From Bryobacterales bacterium (GTDB taxonomy: Bacteria; Acidobacteriota; Terriglobia; Bryobacterales; UBA6623), in contig JAPPMB010000167.1 in NCBI GenBank assembly GCA_028819255.1, positions 27,656 to 91,655 on the forward strand: DNA of 64,000 nucleotides. Reading direction: 5' to 3'. Position numbers and translations under genes: made by a program. This document shows positions 9,301-16,650 of the stretch, in pieces (positions within the stretch are counted from its first letter, which is position 1; every line of letters begins with the position of its first letter). Below the pieces are notes generated by a model, which did no database searches, had not been told where the DNA came from, and saw nothing but the letters and a program-made list of their open reading frames with translations.

Positions 9301-10739
9301 ATCACACGGACCGCACGCGTCGCCGCTTCCTGGCGCCGCCTCAGTTCGTCCGCATCGCTGATCTGGACATCGCAGTCCCGCCGACGTCGGTCGACCTTCC
9401 GAAGTTCTTCCCTGCAGCGCTGCGCTTCGGCGCGGACCTGCGTTTTGGTGACGATTTCACGTTCGAGAAGCCGCTCGGCGTCCTGCTTGCGCCGAACCAC
9501 CTGCCTGTGGAGTGCGGCCCGATGGTGCAGCTCTTCAAGGCCCATCTGGATCCTCGACACGCCCTCCGACGCCCGGTGATAGCGCTCCGTCGCCTTGGCC
9601 AACTGGGCCTGCCGGTCGCGCAGCAGCCGTTCGAGCCTTGCCTCTTCGCCCGCAGCCTCCCGGCATCTCCGCCTGGCCTCATCGTAGGTTCTGCCATGTT
9701 TCGCTCTATCCTTCGCCGCGGCAAGCGCTTCTCTCAGCCGAATGGAGAGTTCCCTGGCCTCCTCCAGTTGTGCGGCGAGCCTCCGGTCCTGAGTGCGCAC
9801 CGAGTCAAGCTCGCCCTCGAGTGCCTTGAGGCGCCGCTCCCACTCATCGCGGACGGACTGCGCCTTGTCCCGGTCTGACTCGGCGGCGGCAAACGCGTCC
9901 TGGGCCTGCCGGACTTGCGCAGCCGCTGCCTGGAGCGCGGCCCGGAACATCGCGGCTCCGGTGTCGAACACGTCCCGAATCTCCCCGCGAAGCTCCTGGG
10001 ATTCCCGGACTTCCGTTCGGGTCCGCCGGCAAGCGCTCAAGTTCGCCTTCATGCGCTGGAGCGTGCTCGCCAGACCCGGCTCCGCCCTCAGCAGGAAGGA
10101 CCGCAGCTCGGTGGTAAGCGCGTGCGAGATGCCTCCCGTCATGCTGGTCTTCAGCAGGGCATTGAGCTTGCTGCGCTCCCGGTCCCTGGAAAGGCGCAAG
10201 GGAGTGACGCCGGAGTCGAAGAGGTCGCTGAAATACTCGCGGGCTGTTGCGTAGGACTTGAAGTGTCCGCCCAGTCGCGTGGCGTTCTCGCGCAGTTCGT
10301 TGAGTTCCGGGACGGACTCGGTCTCGTCCTCCGTCAAAACCAGGACCTCATGCAGGGGGATGTCCCCGGCCAGTCCCGTGATCAGGAACGGGGTCGGCAA
10401 GACGGACGGCTCGCTCCTCTTGAGCAGGTGAATGCCGGCCAGCAGGCGATCTCCATTCGCAAGTCGGAACTCGATTGCAGAGTACGATGGCCGGCCCGGT
10501 TCGCCCAGCCGCCCCCAGATCCCGCGGTCGCCGCCCGTCGCGCCCGACTCCCCGATGTTCATGAAGCGCAGCCTCGACATGTCCGGAAGGAGGACCACGT
10601 AGGCGGCGATCATCACGGTGGTCTTGCCCGCGCCGTTGTCGCCCTCAAGGGCAGTGACGTGCCGGTCGATCAGGTAGCGCTCATAGAAGACACCCCGCCA
10701 GTTGACGAGGGCCAGCGCCCGGGCACGTATGCGCCTCAT
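6327..10739 (-). CDS. mksB: MukB-like SMC ATPase (MksB/JetC)
   Basis: 1470 aa. The N-terminal head is collinear with the E. coli MukB head as I remember it (LVNWRGVFYERYLIDRHVTALEGDNGAGKTTVMIAAYVVLLPD...SMTGGISHALTTELRSFLL). It has a very long E/R/A/L-rich coiled coil. The C-terminal head carries LSTGE and Walker B LRFLFLDEA. Confidence 0.9.
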   Translation of the reverse strand: MRRIRARALALVNWRGVFYERYLIDRHVTALEGDNGAGKTTVMIAAYVVLLPDMSRLRFMNIGESGATGGDRGIWGRLGEPGRPSYSAIEFRLANGDRLLAGIHLLKRSEPSVLPTPFLITGLAGDIPLHEVLVLTEDETESVPELNELRENATRLGGHFKSYATAREYFSDLFDSGVTPLRLSRDRERSKLNALLKTSMTGGISHALTTELRSFLLRAEPGLASTLQRMKANLSACRRTRTEVRESQELRGEIRDVFDTGAAMFRAALQAAAAQVRQAQDAFAAAESDRDKAQSVRDEWERRLKALEGELDSVRTQDRRLAAQLEEARELSIRLREALAAAKDRAKHGRTYDEARRRCREAAGEEARLERLLRDRQAQLAKATERYHRASEGVSRIQMGLEELHHRAALHRQVVRRKQDAERLLEREIVTKTQVRAEAQRCREELRKVDRRRRDCDVQISDADELRRRQEAATRAVRVMSDEPVPDESLYEAAQELLRRHRGLEILAQQVGRRETELAEVRELAECQASAQTRIAELGVESGDEPFGDRITAVLKRLEAKREALTRKEAALRADLEGAERLIEQADGEQKRLTGLIPAWNELDERARRVGTHVSHTLDTREDLDRARETIAADLQRSERLVEQLGDRVDRAGAEARDLLAGGGFGRDLLRLREDLDGDLLASRFDDLELEDAGLIEAVLGSLRDAIVVDDPQEAAQAVQTRPEELASVWLVKGGEIDVDVDGSAGDYRVGDRDVAVPGGEALRVSRIPANPRLGLKAREQRAAELRGEADAAAEELDRAEVRRRLLQRQWADTEELLAGHALWLDGDPQVTLASVRERIARSQDAARAHRRDIRRVAAEHEALLPRMESLRAVLADARIADPPDYSERARACERDLERATAAQAEVSRCASSAKDLYETRESLRFPPLTDSKLGALQVEAKDLREHRDRLAAAIEALEDVNKNRSALAWSDAADALEQQERLVPRLIEQRDQAEKENQKAQRREADASASLRDAVGRRKNQASRMELAREQIEEADKRLARTGIDAPTPEAAKANRTDIKRLRKEKDETEDLSSQLERKVGSCETNCRHASKALEKAEGKFDTRRREAEPLTEGWTRLSAEVGRRKLGTETGLPGQTGAAPDEVERQRQLAQRREGRLRELLRKAGGTEHLLALFPDDPGRSSLDYCWSSLEIWTNARNWLMGRLPAQLAEVDDPHEGLQRLQDQLERLESRLERQESDLRGSSEDIQRGIEVQIRRARTQVRRLNRDLGDVGFGGIAQIQVRLENDESMEQVLRALREREVQTMLFSEELPLEEALERIFSRWGRGKSGTHRVLDYREYINLQVQVRRKSGFEFESARPTRLSTGEAIGVGAALMMVVLTAWERDANLLRRKRNFGSLRFLFLDEASRLSQNNLAVLFDLCSALDLQLMIASPEVAKAHGNTTYRLVRTTEGGREEVKVSGRRLVARG

Positions 10740-11410
10740 CCGGATGCCTCGGCACTCTCGGCGGCCGGACGGCTCAGTCCCGGCAGGTCCCGCCTGCGCA
10801 CTTCGCCCGCCTCGATCAAACGTTCCAGTGCGGCTTCGCGATCCCCGAGATCGCGGACCGGCTCGCTGAACCGGAGCAGCGAATTCCTCAGCGTGAACCT
10901 GTCCCTTTCAAGCTCGATGAACCCGAGCTTGTGAAGATTGCGCAGCGCTTCCTGCACCTTCCTTCGCACCTTCTCCGCACCGACTCTCTCGTCGATGCGT
11001 TTCTTCAGACGCGGATTGAGCGCCCGAATCAGTGTCTTTGCGCCGACAAGGCCTTCAAGACGCTGCAGGAGGGCCTCGCGGGTGACGACCTTCTTCCGAT
11101 TCAGTGTCGCGGGATCCAAGCACATCAGGGCAAGCGTCTGGCCGACCAGCATTTCGCCGACCGAGAGGGTTCTTCGTGGCAATGCGCTTCCCGTCGGCAG
11201 GAGATAAACATATCCGTCGGCCTTGGAGACGAGCTGACAGTGAAAACGCAAGTAGAACGGCTCCAGTTGCTTCAGCGCGTCCATCAGGAATACATAGTCC
11301 TCGCCGTCCTCCCGCCCGATGTGGCGACCGCGGCGAAGGTCGAGATCGATCCTGGGAAACCGATCGTCCTTGAGAACCTCCGCCAGGTCCCGATACGCGC
11401 TGCCACTCAC
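10736..11410 (-). CDS. mksE: MukE/JetB-like (DUF4194-type) condensin accessory subunit
   Basis: Position between the kleisin and SMC genes, plus a MukE-like pattern (YVFLMDALKQLEPFYLRF...GYVYLLP...LSVGEMLVGQTLALMCLD...LHKLGFIE). I place the start at GTG 11410, which overlaps the mksF stop (GTGA) and has GGAGGA 8 nt upstream. The track's ATG 11476 would overlap mksF by 70 nt. Confidence 0.75.
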   Translation of the reverse strand: MSGSAYRDLAEVLKDDRFPRIDLDLRRGRHIGREDGEDYVFLMDALKQLEPFYLRFHCQLVSKADGYVYLLPTGSALPRRTLSVGEMLVGQTLALMCLDPATLNRKKVVTREALLQRLEGLVGAKTLIRALNPRLKKRIDERVGAEKVRRKVQEALRNLHKLGFIELERDRFTLRNSLLRFSEPVRDLGDREAALERLIEAGEVRRRDLPGLSRPAAESAEASG

Positions 11411-12711
11411 CGGGCGTCCTCCGATTGAGGAATCCGCCAGTCTTCGATTTCCAGCCCGACAGCAACCCGCTGCCAAGGCCGCTCATGCTCCCCCGCTACG
11501 CGGCGAAGCCGGGTGACCGCCTCCGCGACTCTGCCGGTGACAAGATACCGGTCCGCCTCCGGGTACTCTGGCAGAATCCGCTCGGTGACTTCGGCAAGCG
11601 TGGAGGCACCTGCATGCAGCGCCTCCGCCACCAGCGCATCCAGGTCCACCTCTTCGTCGTCCGGCGGAACCTCCACAATCCTAAGTGTTCGCTCGGTCCT
11701 GGCACGCGTGACGGGCGGGCTTTCGACCTTGGATTCCATCGGCCGCAACAGGCGGATCGGATCGCCCCTCGCGACCGCGAGGAAGAAGGGGTCGAACGGC
11801 CAGCCGGTGATCTGGTCGCGCAGCCGCTTGCTCAGGGCGCGGTTCGGATCGAGCCGAACGACGTCCCGGAGGAAGGCGTGGGTCTGCTGATAGAAGACCG
11901 ACCATGCGCTCTGGCGCGCCTTGCCCCATGCGGCAACCCGCTCCACGTGCTGAGACACCTGTTCAACGGCCTCCAGAGCTTTGTCCTGGCCAGCCTCGTC
12001 CGCCAGACTCTGCAGTTCGTTCAACTGAATGTGGCACTTGTCCCGGCCGCGCAGCAGAATGTTGTTGAGCTCGCGCAACATCCCCGAGGCCTGCGCGAGC
12101 AGGTCCTGGCATTGATCAATCGCCGCATGCCACTCGGCGCTGATCAAGTCGGTGATTTCTTGCCGAAGCTGCTCGTGGTCGGAATCGATTCCCCGCTGGC
12201 GGCGTTCGATCCCGAGTACGCTGTCTCGAACGACCTCCCTCATTGGGACCACCACTTCCTTGCGCCACTCCTCCTCGGTCCCGGCCCGCCGGGCGGCGAA
12301 GAGGATCTCGGTGAGCCGAGCGATCAGCTGGTTCATGAGAAGCTCGAGACTCTCCGTAGTGAGGGTATCGTTCTCAACGATGGACGAAATCATCGAAGTC
12401 GCCAAGTGGGTTAGCGCATAGTCGCCCCTCTCTGCGATTCCCGCGCCGTCGACCCGCGCGAGCATGCGCTGCTCGCTCATCCGTCTCAGTGTGTGCGACG
12501 CGCGGGTTCGGAGATTGTCACCCCCGGGATCGAGGGTCTCGCAAACCACCATGAACAACTCGATCAGCTCGCCCTCGCTAAAGTTGTATTCCTGTTCCCT
12601 CTCCGCCTGGAGCTTGACAGCAGCGAGAAAGCAGAGGTCGAGGGTCTTAAGGTCGATGGCGTAGTTGCTCGCCGCAAGACCGGAGAGGATCTGGTGTGGG
12701 TCCTGCTTCAT
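11407..12711 (-). CDS. mksF: MukF-like kleisin (MksF/JetA)
   Basis: 434 aa. N-terminal ...NYAIDLKTLDLCFLAAVKLQ...SEGELIELF and the middle segment AEWHAAIDQCQDLLAQASGMLRELNNIL resemble MukF ([27 protein letters not shown], from memory). GGAGA lies 7 nt upstream of ATG 12711. Confidence 0.85.
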   Translation of the reverse strand: MKQDPHQILSGLAASNYAIDLKTLDLCFLAAVKLQAEREQEYNFSEGELIELFMVVCETLDPGGDNLRTRASHTLRRMSEQRMLARVDGAGIAERGDYALTHLATSMISSIVENDTLTTESLELLMNQLIARLTEILFAARRAGTEEEWRKEVVVPMREVVRDSVLGIERRQRGIDSDHEQLRQEITDLISAEWHAAIDQCQDLLAQASGMLRELNNILLRGRDKCHIQLNELQSLADEAGQDKALEAVEQVSQHVERVAAWGKARQSAWSVFYQQTHAFLRDVVRLDPNRALSKRLRDQITGWPFDPFFLAVARGDPIRLLRPMESKVESPPVTRARTERTLRIVEVPPDDEEVDLDALVAEALHAGASTLAEVTERILPEYPEADRYLVTGRVAEAVTRLRRVAGEHERPWQRVAVGLEIEDWRIPQSEDAR

Positions 12712-13238
12712 CCGGTGTCTCCATGTCGCGCCGGCCCTAGCCGACTGCCGACCAGCCTGGGTGTCAGGTGACAGCCGTCGACAGCCCGGTTCCGGCTAAA
12801 CGCAAGTGCGGGGCGCGAGGCAGCCATCCGAGTCGAGACGCGATTCGTTCCTGGGACCGAACGAAAGGGCCCAGTGCCCCTCACGCGTGTGCGAGAACCC
12901 CCTCCGATCAGTATCTATCGCTCGGAGCCAAGGAGTCGCAACCGAAAGGGCATCTCTCTCCAAGCGTCGCAATCCTTCCGCCCACCCCTAACGCAGACAC
13001 GATTATCGGACACCCCCTCGCGTGGGGAGACCCGAATTTCTCAGATCCCGACCACGATGCAGCAGCACGGACGATCGACCGAGCGTTCGGAAGCTCGTTT
13101 GGATTCGGCGCGTGCGACTTGCGCCGAGGTGTAAATTCTCTGCAAGGTCACGCAGATTCTCAGCATCCACCCTGCCATGAGGGAAACAGGTCCGGGATCC
13201 GCTCCGTCAATTCTTCCATGGACCGAGGAGCAAGACCA

Positions 13239-14357
13239 ATGATGAGACAGGTCCTGATCCTGATGGCGGCGCTGGCGTTGCCGATGAGTGCCGAGGACTC
13301 CGGCTGTCCGACCGACGCGTTCATGGACGTGACCAGAACGGCGGGCGCGGGTGAGGGCTACCCCAGACCCAGGCTGGAGGTGCAGTGCGAGGGAGGCTCG
13401 CTGGTCGTCTTCAGCAACGCCATCCCGCACTACCGGTTCGTACAGATCACGCCCAACCCGCTGCTTGAGCTGAACCGCAACTACCGCATGCCCCTCGATC
13501 CCAGGCTGGCCGAGGAACCCAGCCCGCTCCCACTCTTCGGCCCGTCCGGCGTGGCGATCAACGGCATCCCGATCTTCGGTCCCAACGAAGGCCCCGTGCC
13601 TCCGCCCGGCTTCGGCGATCCGGTCTACAACTCGATCATGGACGCGTGCATGGGGCACACGGCGCGGGAGTACCACTACCACGCACTCGTCCAGTCCTGC
13701 TTCGGAACCGATTCCGAGCCAGACGAGCCCTCGCCGATCCTCGCCTTTGCGTCCGACGGCTTCCCCGTATACGGCCCGTTCGGGTGCGTCGACTCTGAAT
13801 GCTCCAAGGTGATCGAGTTCAAGAGCAGCTGGGAGCAGCTGCGGAGCCCAGAAATCGACGCCTGGGACGCGTACCGGTTCACTCCGAGAGAGGGTTCGGA
13901 ATACCTTGATCGATGCAACGGTCACAGCGGCGAAGACCACGGCGGGGCCTACCACTACCACGCCACGGCGACCTGGCCCTATGTCCTTGGCTGTTTCGCG
14001 GGGACGCCTTCCTTCGGCTCGGAGCAGGAGAATCGCCAGATGTCGGGGACACCCCGACGAGGTCGCGGGCCGCAAGCCGACCCTCGCCCGAGCGCCGAGC
14101 AGATTGCGAAGGCGGCCGGCGCGTTGGGAATCGACCAGACGAGCCTTGCAGAAGCGCTCGGCGTGAGCGGCGACCGCATCATTCCGGTGAGCTACGCGTC
14201 CGCGGCGAGAGCCCTCAACATCGACTATCAGGCTCTGAGCCGCGCGCTTGGCGTCGAACCGCAGTTCAACCCGCGGCGACGGGGAGCAGGCCGGAGAAGA
14301 GGGGAACCCGGGCGAGGGCAGGGTCCGCGGTTCCGGAGGCCGGAGCCAAGGCCGTAG
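13239..14357 (+). CDS. secreted YHYH-domain protein
   Basis: From ATG 13239: MMRQVLILMAALALPMSA (signal peptide), then HTAREYHYHAL and GGAYHYHATATWPYVLGCF (the two YHYH motifs). The track ORF's 157-aa N-terminal extension is probably non-coding. Confidence 0.8.
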   Translation: MMRQVLILMAALALPMSAEDSGCPTDAFMDVTRTAGAGEGYPRPRLEVQCEGGSLVVFSNAIPHYRFVQITPNPLLELNRNYRMPLDPRLAEEPSPLPLFGPSGVAINGIPIFGPNEGPVPPPGFGDPVYNSIMDACMGHTAREYHYHALVQSCFGTDSEPDEPSPILAFASDGFPVYGPFGCVDSECSKVIEFKSSWEQLRSPEIDAWDAYRFTPREGSEYLDRCNGHSGEDHGGAYHYHATATWPYVLGCFAGTPSFGSEQENRQMSGTPRRGRGPQADPRPSAEQIAKAAGALGIDQTSLAEALGVSGDRIIPVSYASAARALNIDYQALSRALGVEPQFNPRRRGAGRRRGEPGRGQGPRFRRPEPRP

Positions 14358-14569
14358 CAACGCGATGCACTCGTGCGAATCAATCCCTCGTTCGGCGGAA
14401 ACCATGCTCGTCGAGAGCGGAATGCCGGCGAGACTTCGCCAATGCGAATCCCCCTTTGCTGAGAGCGGCTCTCAATTCGGCTGGCAGCAACCGGAGCCGG
14501 ATCGCGGCCCCGCGTAATGGGGCCTGAAGCAAGGCCGCGGAGAAGGCGCCCCGGGCGCTCACGGCTCCC

Positions 14570-14980
14570 GTGCCCGCAGCGGACAAGACACAAGAGACGA
14601 TGAAAGCGGGAAACAGGACGGGCCGCACCTTGTACCGATCGGCGGTCGGCATCGCGCTCGCGACGGCGCTCATCCTCGGCTGGGTGGCTGCCGGCGTCGG
14701 TGTGATCGGGGCGGATGGCGACCCGTCCGACATGATGTACGGCGGAGTGGTTGCTGTCGGAGTGATCGGCAGCATCGTCGTGCGCTTCCGGCCACAAGGA
14801 ATGTCGCGCGCGCTGTTTGCAACGGCCCTTGCCCAGATGGTGGTTACCGTGATCGCGCTGGTCGCCGGTCTGGGCCTCCCTGCGAGCCCGCCGATGGAAC
14901 TTCTGCTCGTAAACGGGTTCTTTGTCGTCATGTGGGTCGGATCAGGCTGGCTCTTCCGAGCCTCAGCAAGCGGGCAGTAG
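14570..14980 (+). CDS. small integral membrane protein (about 4 TM), unknown function
   Basis: Four hydrophobic stretches are present (AVGIALATALILGWVAAGVGVIG; GGVVAVGVIGSIVV; ALFATALAQMVVTVIALVAGLG; LLLVNGFFVVMWVGSGWLF). The start could be ATG 14600. No family recognised. Confidence 0.5.
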   Translation: MPAADKTQETMKAGNRTGRTLYRSAVGIALATALILGWVAAGVGVIGADGDPSDMMYGGVVAVGVIGSIVVRFRPQGMSRALFATALAQMVVTVIALVAGLGLPASPPMELLLVNGFFVVMWVGSGWLFRASASGQ

Positions 14981-15514
14981 CCCGTGGGGCGGGCCCGCGG
15001 CGTTAGGACGCCAGCCGGCGGTCGAACGGACTACGCCTCTACAGACGGCGGCCTCAGGACACTCTCGATGCCGAGGTGCGCCTGGCACTTCCGAATGCGC
15101 CGGACCAGTGAACGACCACCCCTGTCCGGACGGTGCTTCGAGGGTGTCCGGCGGATGCCGACTGCACCGAGCTTTCCGCCCGCGTCACCTGTCCGACAAA
15201 CTCCCCATCCCTCGGGTCTCTGACATTCCGTCCCTGCAGGCGAAGCCTCTCGACTAGTGTTCGGGAACCTGCATACCTTCAGCGCCGGCTCGATCCGGCT
15301 GCACATCTCTGCGGGCAAGACTCCCCACGACGCGGACATGCGACCAACTCCCCAAACGCCTGGACTTCGCTTGAAGGCAACACGTGTCCACCATTCACAC
15401 CGGAGACACGAACGAGGCAGCCGACCCGGCGCCGTTCGTGAAGCGGGCAGGACGAGTTCGCACCGGTCTTTCCACAATTCGGCGGCTATGTGTATCTATG
15501 ATATGCTTTTCTGC

Positions 15515-15763
15515 ATGCGGGTTACATTGAACATCGATGATGAACTGTACCGCCGGATAAAGAGGCGCAAGGCTGACACAGGGCAGACGATCACGTCTCT
15601 GGTGCATGATGCAGTCCGCATGTACTTTGCGCGATGTGTGGACGAGCCAAAGCCTGATACGGAGCTCCCTGTCTTTCACGGCACCGGAGTCCTTCCTGGC
15701 ATTGACCTGTACAGCAACAGCAGCCTGCTGGATGCCATGGAGGGGCCGGATGATCCTGACTGA
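15515..15763 (+). CDS. vapB: VapB-type antitoxin
   Basis: MRVTLNIDDELYRRIKRRKADTGQTITSLVHDAVRMYF is the typical N-terminus of antitoxins paired with PIN toxins. Its stop overlaps the vapC start region. TATGAT lies 12 nt upstream of the ATG. Confidence 0.75.
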   Translation: MRVTLNIDDELYRRIKRRKADTGQTITSLVHDAVRMYFARCVDEPKPDTELPVFHGTGVLPGIDLYSNSSLLDAMEGPDDPD

Positions 15764-16241
15764 CGTCTGTGTGCTCGTCGCCGCATACCGGGACGAGCAT
15801 CCGGAGCACAGCCGCTGCCGGCACTTTCTGCAGACGATGCTGCTCGGGGAGGAGTCCTTCGGCGTGTCTGACCTCATTCTGAGCGGATTCCTGCGGATCG
15901 TTACGAATCCCCGAATCTTTGCCCAGCCGTCCCCGCCCGAGCACGCCATTCGGTTCGCCGAGAGTCTGCGCAGGCAGCCCCACGCGGTGCAGGTCAGTCC
16001 GGGTCGGCGCCACTGGCAGCTCTTCCTGAGCCTGTGCGAGGAGGCTGTTGCAAGAGGGAATCTGGTTCCGGACGCGTTCTTCGCGGCGATGGCGATCGAG
16101 TCCGGTTGCGAGTGGATCACGCTTGATGGGGACTTTGCCCGCTTTCGGGCTCTTCGATGGCGGACGCCTCCGCGGATTCAGGCTCCCACTCCCACTGTTC
16201 ACTACGCGACTCGTTCGACGGTTGCACGCCGTGACGGTTGA
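15750..16241 (+). CDS. vapC: PIN-domain VapC toxin
   Basis: MILTDVCVLVAAY...FGVSDLILSGFLRIVTNPRIF...VPDAFFAAMAIESGCEWITLDGDFARF, with conserved PIN acidic positions (D5, D in PDAFF, D in LDGDF). Its ATG 15750 lies inside the vapB 3' end. Confidence 0.85.
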   Translation: MILTDVCVLVAAYRDEHPEHSRCRHFLQTMLLGEESFGVSDLILSGFLRIVTNPRIFAQPSPPEHAIRFAESLRRQPHAVQVSPGRRHWQLFLSLCEEAVARGNLVPDAFFAAMAIESGCEWITLDGDFARFRALRWRTPPRIQAPTPTVHYATRSTVARRDG

Positions 16242-16435
16242 CGGGATTCCATCGAGCGTCCCCCCGGCGCCAGCACAAGGTCACTGGCCGGGCAATTCGC
16301 ATTCCTGACTTCACGCCGGGAGCCCGCATGGCGGTAAGTGTGCCTAGGAAGCGACCTTCAGTCCTCAGCGGGATCACCCAGGAGCCGCTGACCTTCGGTC
16401 CGGCGGTGGTCTTGGCGGACGTTGACGGGCAACGT

Positions 16436-16540
16436 CAGCGGACGGGATCCGACTGGACCGAACGATCAGTCTCCGGAGGAAACCGCAATCGTCCGGGCGA
16501 ATCCTCGGCAGCAGGGGTCCCAGCCGACGGGATCCGACTG
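16436..16540. repeat. 20-nt direct repeat pair (1 mismatch) spaced 85 nt apart in a convergent intergenic region
   Basis: cagcGgacgggatccgactg at 16436-16455 and cagcCgacgggatccgactg at 16521-16540, read directly from the sequence. Confidence 0.6.
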
Positions 16541-16650
16541 TCAGGCGCCCCGTGCTGGAGTCACGAACCTCGCACCCAGGCGCGGCAGGCCGCCATGGGT
16601 TCGCTCCGCTCGGGCCCGCCCTCGATGCCCGGGCGGCGCCGCCCACCGCC

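Noticed and set aside
6417-10934. Long plus-strand ORFs antisense to mksB (for example 7068..8273 at 401 aa, 8277..9878 at 533 aa, and 9915..10934 at 339 aa).
   Set aside because: They have Arg/Pro/Gly/Leu-rich, motif-free composition typical of GC-driven shadow ORFs. The minus strand encodes a MukB-like protein with clear Walker motifs across the same span.
5341-12711. Interpreting the operon as the housekeeping MukBEF chromosome condensin.
   Set aside because: A fourth, translationally coupled Toprim-motif gene is characteristic of MksBEFG/Wadjet. As far as I know, canonical MukBEF is confined to gamma-proteobacteria. It still needs confirmation that another SMC system exists in the genome.
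12768-13238. N-terminal 157-aa extension of the YHYH ORF as coding sequence.
   Set aside because: A clean signal peptide begins at ATG 13239. The upstream extension has Arg/Ser/Pro-rich, non-protein-like composition.
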